A DNA stretch of 63,391 nt, the filler included, from Nitrospinae bacterium RIFCSPLOWO2_12_FULL_45_22 (GTDB lineage: Bacteria; 2-12-FULL-45-22), in assembly GCA_001803565.1 (NCBI GenBank). It is 5 parts of 5 records of this genome, joined end to end, with 100 filler letters (N's around TTAATTAATTAA, not from the genome) between each part and the next. Parts side by side here need not be neighbours in the genome. Positions count along the whole stretch, not along the records: positions 1 to 20,355 come from MHDQ01000001.1; positions 20,456 to 33,772 come from MHDQ01000002.1; 3 more parts are not named here. One strand, 5' to 3'. Positions 19,528 through 29,400 of the stretch are shown here, in pieces (positions within the stretch are counted from its first letter, which is position 1; the number at the start of each line of letters is the position of its first letter). Position numbers and translations under genes: made by a program. The notes beneath the pieces are model-generated. The model searched no databases. It was not told the origin of the DNA and worked only from the letters and a program-made list of their open reading frames with translations.

Positions 19528-20028
19528 TTAAATTCCTTTTTCCACCCCCTTTCTCCACAGCCACCAAAAGACCCCCAGCCCAGCAATAATCAGAATTAAT
19601 GGGGAGGCAAGCAGGAGGAAGGCCCTTAGTGGACTTCTTAGCCATGGGTTTTGGCCAGGGCTTTCTAGCTTGACTACTTCCAGAGAGATTTCTCTTATAG
19701 TCCTCTCAACTTCTGCTTCAAGAGCCCTGACCTCAGCCTTTCCCAGGGCCATCCGCCGTAGGTTATGAAATAAGCGCTCCAGTTGGAAGGCCCGCTTGCT
19801 GGATATCTTTTGGCGGATAACAGTCTCCAGGCCGCTGGCTTCAAAGGCCACAAAATAGGCATCACTGAAATTCCCCTCAGCCTCGTTGATCTTGCCGGCT
19901 TTGTAAGCCGCTAGACCCGCATCTAAGAAGCTTTGCACCTCTTTTAAGCCCTTCCTCAAATCATCGCTGGCCCAGGATATCCCTGACAGATAAATCCCAA
20001 CCATAAATCCGATTAAGACTTTTTTCAT
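19528..20028 (-). CDS. Membrane-anchored protein resembling the periplasmic N-domain of FTR1/FetM iron permeases
   Basis: Signal peptide, SDAYFVAFEASGLE...LERLF, single C-terminal TM helix; ATG 20028 after GGGAGGGG; upstream of P19. Confidence 0.6.
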   Translation of the reverse strand: MKKVLIGFMVGIYLSGISWASDDLRKGLKEVQSFLDAGLAAYKAGKINEAEGNFSDAYFVAFEASGLETVIRQKISSKRAFQLERLFHNLRRMALGKAEVRALEAEVERTIREISLEVVKLESPGQNPWLRSPLRAFLLLASPLILIIAGLGVFWWLWRKGVEKGI

Positions 20029-20355
20029 AATCCCCTCCCTGAAGTGATTACTAATCAATCGCAAACAATAAGCAAAAAAATATCGCCCCATAAGGATAAC
20101 GAGGAATGATGCCTTAATTAAACAGGGATGCGGAAAGATAATCCAGACCTGTATTAGAGCTTCAAAACCCCGGCTATGATTACTATTTTTCGTAATAGAT
20201 CAGCTATGCGGTTCGATGCCTCATAGTAACCAGGGATCGGCCTCAGTTTAGAATGTAAGCTTAACACCGATTTTCGCAGAACTATTTGATATAAGATTTT
20301 CATCGGTTTTTCTCTGAGCCGATCGTAAATAATGTAATAAAAAAAGCATGATACA

Positions 20356-20455
20356 NNNNNNNNNNNNNNNNNNNNNNNNNNNNNNNNNNNNNNNNNNNNT
20401 TAATTAATTAANNNNNNNNNNNNNNNNNNNNNNNNNNNNNNNNNNNNNNNNNNNN
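20356..20455. other. Artificial contig linker
   Basis: N run with central TTAATTAATTAA (stops in all frames). Confidence 0.98.
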
Positions 20456-21421
20456 CCTCCACTCTGGCTAACCACTGCTCCCTCTGAGTATCGGCTAATT
20501 CTATCTTACTGGTCGGGATAGTGGATTTGATGATAGGGAGATGGAGGACAAAATTTATGGGCTGCAAAGGGGTGACTAATTGCCAGATATTTACCACGGA
20601 ATTTATCCCCTCCTCACGCTCGGCCTGATTGCCACCTAGCATTAAATCCAACGGGAAATGGACAGTAAAGGTAAGGTCTCGACCATAAGCCAGGAGCAAG
20701 AGCCTTTCTAATTCTTCCGGGGAGAGCAAATTAGAATCATTGATACTATCAAAAAATACCAGCTCAATATCCTGAACTGTTCCTAATAATCGCTTGACAT
20801 TCTCGACTATATCCGCGGGATAGACATAAGAAGTTGTCCCCAGGCGAGCGCCCCACTTCTTGCCCTTAAGCATAATAGGAATCCCCGCTTCTAGCTTTAT
20901 TACCCGGTGGGCAACCCGGGCGACCTGTTGATTCATCAAGCCCTGCAGGTCAGTAAAAAACCGGCCTAACGGTNNNNNNACCGGCCTAACGGTGTAACAG
21001 GTATAGCCCCTTGTCCCACTTCATTAGAGACAATTATAAAGGGATTATTTCTTTGGGATATTAAATGCAATAGATATTCCCCCTGGTTTAGGATCTTTTC
21101 TTCCAGCTTATCTTTGTCCGGGCAATCCTTCTCATAATAGAGGAGCAGATTGGATAGATAGAGGGTGAGGCAGTCTAATATTACCGGGTCTTTGGAGTCA
21201 GGTATCCGGGCCAGGGCCTTATCCAGGGCAATGGGTTCTTCCAGGGTAATAAAATGGGCTGGGCGGTTAGCCTTATGGCGGGCTGTCCGGGCAGCCATCT
21301 CTTCATCCAATGGCTCGGCTGTGGCAATATGATAAACCCTATCGGCAGCCTTTACCATATTGGTTGCGTAACGACTCTTGCCTGAACGGTTACCACCTAT
21401 AATTAATGTAATATTTCCCAT
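20456..21421 (-). CDS. cobU: Adenosylcobinamide kinase/guanylyltransferase (CobU) fused to a CbiR-like cobamide-remodelling phosphodiesterase; 3' truncated
   Basis: IGGNRSGKS, DCLTLYLSN, VSNEVGQG, then RLGTTSYVYPAD...ENV, DIELVFF, TVHFPLD; frame is continuous once the 14-bp duplication around the N6 gap is collapsed. Confidence 0.8.
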
Positions 21422-21622
21422 CTCTCCATTAAAAAGCAGAAAATTTTGGCCCTTTATCTCTGTGCCTCCAGTCTATCATCTACAGCCGAAGAGAGCAAGG
21501 AGGATATAGGGTTCGTGGGAATGCAGAATATTCTCGCTTCCTCCTTGTAAACTTTATTTTTGAAAGGGCAGGGCGGGGCAAGAATCTACACTGAGGCTGG
21601 GTAATGTAAAAAAGAGAGATTT

Positions 21623-21925
21623 TTATTTCTTTCCAGTCGACTTGCCGATACTCTTTAGATATTCTTCAAAACTGAGTTCCTTAACTATTCTTGTATACTT
21701 TACGGGAAAGGAGACATTATTTTCATTCCAGCTATCCGCTTGTTCTTTCACGGGTATTGGCCGTCTAGGGGGACACTTATGCGGAAAAGGGGTTATGGTT
21801 TCCAACTCAACTTCGGACTTGTTCCTACTTTCTTCGGGAGCATTTTTTTGGTTTTTCAAGAATTGGTGCAGGCCTGATTTTCTCCTGGACCTTACTCTTC
21901 TTTTATCATAGTTGCTGATTCCCAT
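21623..21925 (-). CDS. Small basic hypothetical protein
   Basis: 100-aa ORF starting 9 nt after the GspE stop on the same strand. Confidence 0.45.
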   Translation of the reverse strand: MGISNYDKRRVRSRRKSGLHQFLKNQKNAPEESRNKSEVELETITPFPHKCPPRRPIPVKEQADSWNENNVSFPVKYTRIVKELSFEEYLKSIGKSTGKK

Positions 21926-21934
21926 ATAGAGATC

Positions 21935-24322
21935 CTAAGGCAGATAGTTAAGGATATGTCTTCCAGCCTTTTTCCAGGGACGGAGATTGCCAGGCTGAGG
22001 ATAAGAGGGAATAATTGTTTCTATGAATATCGTCGGCTGTCCTCCTCGGACCTGGATGGAAAACTCTACAAACTCTGTTTCATGGTTTTCATGAAGATTA
22101 TTTGAGGCATCAATCACAAAATTGATAAAATCTGTCACTAATTCCTCATCAAGAGGCGCATGGAGCCGAGTTTTAAGCTCTTGATAAGTCCTGAACAAAT
22201 TCCGGATCCCTTCTTGCTCGGTAGCAATGGTGGCGCACTCAAAGCGGGCACGATATATCTCTCCTTCGCTAACTGAGGCAGCAGTGGAGTTTTCCCAACC
22301 ATTTTGCGTCACCCCAGAGGCAGTCAGCGTATCCCTCTCTCTTTTTATAGGCGGCGGCAAGGGAGGCGCTTTTCGGCCGGGTAATTCTTTCCCCTCACAA
22401 AGGGCTACAATTTCCTTTGCCGGACGGGCCTTAAACTCGTCAGACTCTTGATGAAATACCATCCGAATAATCTCTTCCAAGGTGGTTATACCACGGGTAG
22501 CCTTGTAAAAGCCATCCTCGCGCATGGATATGAGATTGGCTTCTTGCTGGGCAATCTGGCGAATCTGAGAGGAGGTTTTCCGCATCAAAATAGCATCTCT
22601 AATATTATCGTTTAAAAATAAGAGCTCATGAATAGCCGTTCGTCCTTTAAAGCCGGTATAATTACATTCCGGGCACCCCTTTCCCTCATAGAAGGTAAAG
22701 GAATCGATATTAAAATCCGTCCCGCTCAGGAAGGAGGCCAGAACGTCCTTCCCCGGAGTGTATGGTTCTTTGCAATTGGTACAAACAACACGCACCAGGC
22801 GCTGAGATACTACCGACACCACCGTGGAAGAAATAAGAAAGGTATCTATTCCCATATCCATGAGTCGGAGGAGGGCACCAGTGGTATCATCAGTATGGAA
22901 GGTACTGAGTACCTTGTGGCCTGTAAGGGCGGCCTGGATGGTGGCTTCAGCTGCCTCCCTATCCCTGATTTCCCCAATCATAAGTACGTCTGGATCCTGA
23001 CGCATCATGGATCGTATGAAATCGGCATAAGTGAGGTCTAGCTTAGGATCCTTATGACCCTGCACAATACCAGGAATAGTATATTCCACAGGGTCCTCCA
23101 CGGTGATAATCATTTTTTGCATATTGTTCAGATAATTGATGGCTGCATAGAGGGTAGTTGTCTTGCCGCTGCCGGTGGGTCCAGTTGCTAGAATAACGCC
23201 TGATGGATAACCCAGAACTTTTTTAAATTTGGCCAAATTGGTGGGTGAAAAACCCAGTTGTTGCAATTCAATTAAATGGCTCTTCCGATGTAGGACCCTG
23301 ATAACTACGTTTTCTCCGTAAGCCGAGACATAAGTCGATACTCTAAGGTCTATCTCTTTATCCATTATCCGCGCTTCGATTCGACCATCCTGATGTCTAC
23401 GCTTTTCGGCGATGTCCAACCTGCAAAGCACTTTTATCCGAGAGATCAGAGACTTGCTTAAATAAAGAGGTAGGTCGGTTTTGTGTAGCAACACTCCATC
23501 AATACGGAATCGGATGCGAAGAGTATTGTCTTGAGGTTCTATGTGGATGTCGCTCGCATTTTCATTGGCGGCACTGGAGATAATATAATTAAGGATGTTG
23601 ATGATGTTGTCGTTATCACTTTGGGTAAAGTCTTGATCACCAATAATTAGATTCTTACGGTTCTTCTCCTCACTGTCGTCCCTGCCCAACTGGACATTAG
23701 TTAAAAAGAGCTGATCGAGGACTTTTGAAATTTGGGATGAGGAGGCGATGGCCAGTTCTATGTCACATCGGAAGAGATTTTTAAGGTCGGTTAGAATATC
23801 TTTTGACAAAGGATCGGCTGTGATGACTGTGACTATTTTATCCTGTTTGAAAGCGGGAAGGACATTATTTCGCCGTAAATACGTTTCGCTGACCTCTTTG
23901 ACGAGGGATCGATCAATGAGATTCACGTCTGGGGAAATCTTGGGGATACCTAATTGCAGACTCAGACAATTAACGAGGTCTTCCTCCTTGATAAGACCCA
24001 TTTCCATGAGAATAACTCCAAGTTTTTTCCCTGACTCTTTCTGTCGCTCTAAGGCTTCTGTTATCTGATCCGGGGTAACGAGACCTAAATTGATAAATAG
24101 TTCTCCCAGATAGATGTTTTTTTTGTATTTTTTGAGAATCCGGGTCAAATCGATCCGACTGAGAAATCCGGCGTCAATACAAACCGCTCCCAGTGGCTTA
24201 TATACCGTCTGTTCTTTTTGCTTAGTCAAGGCATGTTCTAACTGTTCCCTGGTGAGGTGGCCTTCCTTAACTAGCAACTCCCCGATTTTCATTTGGGATT
24301 CGTTCATTCCGGGATTACTCAT
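21935..24322 (-). CDS. GspE/PilB-family ATPase with tandem N-terminal MshEN domains
   Basis: KIGELLVKEG..., YLGELFINLG...KKLGVIL; ASDIHIEP, GPTGSGKTT, TVEDPVE, GEIRD, CTNC/CPEC. Confidence 0.92.
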   Translation of the reverse strand: MSNPGMNESQMKIGELLVKEGHLTREQLEHALTKQKEQTVYKPLGAVCIDAGFLSRIDLTRILKKYKKNIYLGELFINLGLVTPDQITEALERQKESGKKLGVILMEMGLIKEEDLVNCLSLQLGIPKISPDVNLIDRSLVKEVSETYLRRNNVLPAFKQDKIVTVITADPLSKDILTDLKNLFRCDIELAIASSSQISKVLDQLFLTNVQLGRDDSEEKNRKNLIIGDQDFTQSDNDNIINILNYIISSAANENASDIHIEPQDNTLRIRFRIDGVLLHKTDLPLYLSKSLISRIKVLCRLDIAEKRRHQDGRIEARIMDKEIDLRVSTYVSAYGENVVIRVLHRKSHLIELQQLGFSPTNLAKFKKVLGYPSGVILATGPTGSGKTTTLYAAINYLNNMQKMIITVEDPVEYTIPGIVQGHKDPKLDLTYADFIRSMMRQDPDVLMIGEIRDREAAEATIQAALTGHKVLSTFHTDDTTGALLRLMDMGIDTFLISSTVVSVVSQRLVRVVCTNCKEPYTPGKDVLASFLSGTDFNIDSFTFYEGKGCPECNYTGFKGRTAIHELLFLNDNIRDAILMRKTSSQIRQIAQQEANLISMREDGFYKATRGITTLEEIIRMVFHQESDEFKARPAKEIVALCEGKELPGRKAPPLPPPIKRERDTLTASGVTQNGWENSTAASVSEGEIYRARFECATIATEQEGIRNLFRTYQELKTRLHAPLDEELVTDFINFVIDASNNLHENHETEFVEFSIQVRGGQPTIFIETIIPSYPQPGNLRPWKKAGRHILNYLP

Positions 24323-24450
24323 TTCTCTATTCCTAGAACCAATGGGGTTTTAAAATGACATTTAATCCACCCATAGACTTCTCAAGCCCCGTGACGTCCA
24401 TTAGGAGGCATGAGGGAGCGCGTAGAAAAAACTTTTACCTAGGTGTAAGA

Positions 24451-25977
24451 TTAAATTATATCCTCCAAAAATATCTCTGCCAGATCATCTTCAACAAAGA
24501 GACCCTTGGTTTCTTCAGACTCATATAGCTGAGGCTCAATTCGACGGAGGAATGATTCTGTTGAAGAATCCAGGTGGGGGTCAAATTGGGCTGTTTTAAA
24601 ATTTAATTCGATGGTCTCCTCGTCCCCCCCCAGTTTCCAGTGTCTCTTTTTCATCTCTTCCTTGAGTCTTTCTTGCAAATGGATAGACTGGGAGGGATTA
24701 GTATTGGGCAAAAGCAAGGCAAAAGTAGAATCCTTCAACCGGGCTACAATATCTACTTTTCGTGCTGTCTCCAGGATAACCTTAGAGACCTTACGGATCA
24801 GATTATTGATCTCTATAGTTGTTCCTTTCTTTCTTATGTTCTGAAAGTCTTGTATATCGGTCACAATAAGGGTCAAAGGAATTTCGTACCGTTTAGTGTA
24901 ACTTATTTCCCGCTCTAAGCATTTCAGAAAAAAGGCCCTGCTTGAGTACCCAGTTATAGTGTCAATGATGGAAAACTGCTGTGTTTGATCAAAGAAGAAT
25001 TTCTTTTCCAAAACACTGATGACCTGATCCAGGGCTATGAACAAATCCTCCCGGTCTTTTTCCCGGAGCTGTTCTAAACTAACCCCTTGAAAGGCCGCAA
25101 AACAGCAGGGGGAGGAGGGTAGTTGAGGTGGATGTATATAAAATTCCGATTCTGAAGGGGGTGGTCCTTCCTCCTGTGACATTTTCACATTTTCAGTTTT
25201 AAGTAAGGTAAAATTGATATCCTTCCCGGCAAGTTGAATCTGAAATTGCTCGCACAGATATTTAAGGATAAAACGGGAAAAAACCTTTATCTGATTTTTG
25301 CTAACTTTTTCGTTGGGGTAAACTAAAAGGTCACCATTTAGATCACTGAATAAAAAAACCCCGGCAAGGCTAAAATGTACCAGGGTTCTCATAATTTCCA
25401 TTATAGCGATAACTGTATCTCTCATGGTATTTACGGAATGATCCATGAGATTGATTTCGTTAAGAATGGTAGTCTGAAAAAGCTTTTGCTCTAACAGGTT
25501 GTTGGCTAGAGAGAGGATTTCCTGGTTACTCGGAATTCGCCGGGTTTCCCGAATATTGAAGAAGATGTTTTCTTTCCATATTTTGTTCCTGACCTGGCTT
25601 GCTACCTTGGATAGTTCATCGAAACGAACCGGTAAATTAAGAAGACCATCGGCCCCAGAATTGATTGCCCAATACTCTTCCATGGGGCTTTCTGAGGAGT
25701 TTAGAATGAGAGTGGGGATAGTATTGCAATTGGCATCATTTTTTAATAGGCGGCAGCATTGATAGGTGCTTAAATTGAGCAGAAAAAGGTCCAGTATGAT
25801 GATATCCAGCTTTTCAGCTAGGGCCTTTTTAATGACTTCAAAACCATCCGAGGTTTCGAATACTTCAAAGCCCATCTTTTCCAAGCCCTCCTTTAAGTAA
25901 AATAAATCGGCGACATTTTGGCTTGCAATAAGAGCTTTTTTCTTCTTCTCTTCAGCCAAAGGCTTAGACTCAATCAT
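24451..25977 (-). CDS. Response regulator with degenerate GGDEF domain
   Basis: N-terminal REC (DIIILD, GADG); C-terminal DTITG...RKVDIVARLKDSTF in place of RxGGDEF. Confidence 0.8.
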   Translation of the reverse strand: MIESKPLAEEKKKKALIASQNVADLFYLKEGLEKMGFEVFETSDGFEVIKKALAEKLDIIILDLFLLNLSTYQCCRLLKNDANCNTIPTLILNSSESPMEEYWAINSGADGLLNLPVRFDELSKVASQVRNKIWKENIFFNIRETRRIPSNQEILSLANNLLEQKLFQTTILNEINLMDHSVNTMRDTVIAIMEIMRTLVHFSLAGVFLFSDLNGDLLVYPNEKVSKNQIKVFSRFILKYLCEQFQIQLAGKDINFTLLKTENVKMSQEEGPPPSESEFYIHPPQLPSSPCCFAAFQGVSLEQLREKDREDLFIALDQVISVLEKKFFFDQTQQFSIIDTITGYSSRAFFLKCLEREISYTKRYEIPLTLIVTDIQDFQNIRKKGTTIEINNLIRKVSKVILETARKVDIVARLKDSTFALLLPNTNPSQSIHLQERLKEEMKKRHWKLGGDEETIELNFKTAQFDPHLDSSTESFLRRIEPQLYESEETKGLFVEDDLAEIFLEDII

Positions 25978-26376
25978 TACTATACCTTTTAACGTACTTT
26001 GAGCCTTTCCCCAAAAATATTTAGGGTGGGGAAGCGACCTGCTTAAATTGTGTTAAGCAATACATCAAGATAACTTAATTTTATATTTTTTATCATAAAT
26101 TGATAAAAAAAACAATTTGTAATTGGTGAATTTCCTCTCAAAGTTTGTACCTTGTGAATATAATTATACCACTATAGATGGTTCTAGCGGCTCTGCATCC
26201 TCTGTGGTAAAAGATTGAAAAGGATGATACTTGCCTCGCTCACTCGGGGCTTGATTTAGTAATTTTTGGGGAAACCGTCATGGCCTTGCAGGCCATAAAG
26301 AAGCATGAAAATAAGATTTAAATTTGTAGCCCTTCTGAGGAGTTATTTTCAAGATAAACACTGGCCAGCATAATCC

Positions 26377-26405
26377 TTGACAGATATGCCAGAATTATAT
26401 ACGAT
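26377..26405 (+). promoter_or_regulatory. sigma70-like promoter of the GH38 gene
   Basis: TTGACA, 17-nt spacer, TACGAT. Confidence 0.5.
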
Positions 26406-26469
26406 CTTCCTGCTGGCTGTTGATTGCTACCGTATGAACCCTTAGCTATGATTTTAAAGGTTTGATCCC

Positions 26470-29400
26470 TTGCTGAAGATTATTGACATATTCATATTTT
26501 TGGCTTTTTTATTGGCGTTATTCATAGAGTTTACTGGTGGAGTCAAGCTAAGCTTCCTGGGCTTGAAACTGAGCTTAACCCACATAAAAAATCCATTAAT
26601 TGCCATATCTGTCCTATGGGTACTGAAACATGCTATCAAGTGGAAGATATTCCCATTCTTTAATCGGCATAAGAGATATTTCATGGTTTTATTGCTTTTC
26701 CTTTTGGGGGCTATTTTTATTGGTGAACTCTATCTGTTTTTTTTCCCCAAGCTGATACTTTTAGGGATAGAAACTACGGGGCTGCTGACCGGTACCGAAA
26801 ATAATCCACTACCGGTTGTCCGGATAAAGCTCTTTAACCCTGGCCTCCGGAAGCTAACCGGGGTTAAGATATTGATAGGAGAAATAGAGGCTGGGGAGCA
26901 AAAAGGGATAGTCACTCAGGAGATCCCCTTTGCTAAGCCCGTGACTGTAGAAACCACCGTAGGGCTGCCTAAGTCCTATAAAAAAACAAAAAAAGTAGAC
27001 ACTATACTACGCATCCGGCATGCTATGGGAAGTCAAGAAAAACCTGTTACCTTGACTCTGTCTGAGGCAGAGACCGGCTGGAAGATCTTTATCGTCCCCG
27101 GATTTCATTACGATCCGGTCTGGTGGAATACCCAGGATAATTCTACCCGCAGGGCCTTGCGCCTGGTTAATGCCTTTCTAGAGACTGCCAGGAACCAACC
27201 TGAATTCAAATTTGTCCTGGAACAGGTACCTTATCTGAAACCCTTTTGGGATCAATATCCGATGGAGCGAACTACCTTACAGGAATTGATCAAGCAGGGA
27301 CGCTGTGAGCTGGTGGGCGGTGCTTATAACCAGTTGCAGTCCACCTTGTTAAGCCCAGAAACCATTATCCGGAACATCCTCTATGGCCTCTTTTATCAGG
27401 AAGAAATTATGCGGGGTTCGGTGCAGACCTCCTGGCAGTGCGATGTCTTTGGTCACGATCCTAACTTCCCTCAGTTTATGAAAAAGGCCGGCCTATCATA
27501 TGCGGCCTGGTACCGGGGCCCTTTTCATGACTGGGGCGTAAAGCCTGAGCAGATAAATTTTCCTACCGAATTTCTCTGGATGGCCCCGGATGGCAGTAGC
27601 TTATTAACCCACCATATGAGTGCCGGTTACCATGCCGGAGAAAAACTTGCCCGGGCCGGGTCTCTTTTAGAAGCGGGGTGGGCGTTAGAAGAGATTTTTA
27701 AAGAGCTGAAAAAGGTTGCCCTTACCAAAAATATCCTCCTGCCTATGGGTGCGGACTTTGCTGAGCCTTTCCTGAACCTAACCCTATTGGCCCGTTGGTG
27801 GAATGAGAAATACCTATCACCCAGGGTTATTATTGCCACACCTCAGGAATTCTTTAGCCAGTTAAAAAAAGATATTTCTGAACCCGAAGAAATACCGGTT
27901 ATTACAAGGGATATGGGGCCCATATTTGCGGGTACCAACGTGACTAATATTGATAGTAAGCTGGCCAACCGGCAGGCAGAGAATACCGTACTCACTGCCG
28001 AGAGGTTTGCTACCCTGGCTTATCTGCTAGGCGCTTCTTATCCCTATGAAGTCCTGGATCATGCCTGGCGCCAAATCTTGTTCAACTCCCATCATGATGC
28101 CATTACGGGCACCGAAGGTGACCAGGTGTATTTAGACCTTACCTTTGGCTGGCGCGAGGCATATGAGCTGGCCCAGAGGGTATTAGACCGCTCTCTGCTG
28201 GCGATAGGAAAACGCATAAATACTGAAAAGATGGAGGGGCTTCCCTTAGCAGTCTTTAATCCCCTGTCCTGGTCCCGGGATGATATAGTTTCCTTTGAGC
28301 TGGAGTTCCCTCAAGGACAGGCTAAAGTGCAGGGTATAAGGATTATTGACCCTCAAGGCAAAGAAGTCCCCTATCAGATTTATGACTATCTCAACTATGA
28401 GGACAAGGGGATTAGATGGCTGAAGGCTAGCTTTATCGGCCAGCAGATACCTTCTATGGGCTACCGCCTCTACCAAATAATACCGCTAACCGAGGGCGAT
28501 TTAGTAGTGCCTGGCGAACAAAACATTACTCCTAACACCCCCCAGATAGTCCTGCAAAACCAATATTATAAAATAACCCTGGCCCCAGCCCGGGGTGGTG
28601 GGATAGTTAGCCTTTTAGATAAAGAGTCTGGCAAAGAAGTTATTCAACCGGGCAAAGGGGCCCTGGGTAATGAATTGGTCTTCTATGAAGAATATCCTGG
28701 AAAAGGTGAGGGCAGATGGGTACTATATCCTACCGGTAAGAAGTGGTATAGTCAGAATTATCCAGTTCAGGGTAAGTTAAGGCAAGGGCCAGTTAGTAGT
28801 AGATTGATCCTGGAGGGGCCCTTTGAGGGTTGCCGCAGAAAACAGGAGATTATCCTCTATGAGGGGCTGAAACGGATAGACTTTTTGTCTACCTTCATAG
28901 ATTTTCAGGGTAAACAAGGTCTATATAAAGTTCATTTCCCCCTACAGGTCAAGGGTGGCCGACCCATCTTTCAGGTGGCCAATGCCGTCATAGGCCGCTC
29001 TTTTGGCTATGATACTGATTATGAAGAGCAGCGCTATACCCTGGACAGCCCGGCTCACCAATGGGTGGAGTATGGTCCTAATGCCAGGATAATGATAAAA
29101 GACCTTGATAGCGGAAAGCCTATAGGCAGCTATTCTTTGGGTGTAGGTGAGATCGTAAAGGGCAAAGGGGGAACGGCGGCGGCTAACCGATTGGCCGCTG
29201 GTCTGATAAAAAAGGGGATAACAACTACTCAGACCCTGGACTCGGCCAGGAGATATGGTGACTTGCGGTATGACTCCAATCTACCAGATTTTCGTATAAG
29301 CCTGGGTAACGAAAAGACCAATAGCTATACCGCTCAGTTGCTCCGGCAGCTCCGGCCAGCACAGAGACAACTATATTATCGGCTGCTAGAAAAAAAAGGC

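Noticed and set aside
20044-20064. Fur box upstream of the iron-uptake genes
   Set aside because: Only about 11 of 19 positions match the canonical box in an AT-rich context; too weak to call
20960-20993. Apparent frameshift or premature stop in cobU
   Set aside because: The 14-bp sequence is duplicated across an N gap, typical of an unmerged scaffold overlap
21422-21620. Cobalamin riboswitch upstream of cobU
   Set aside because: No convincing B12-box or conserved core seen by eye; an Rfam scan would settle it
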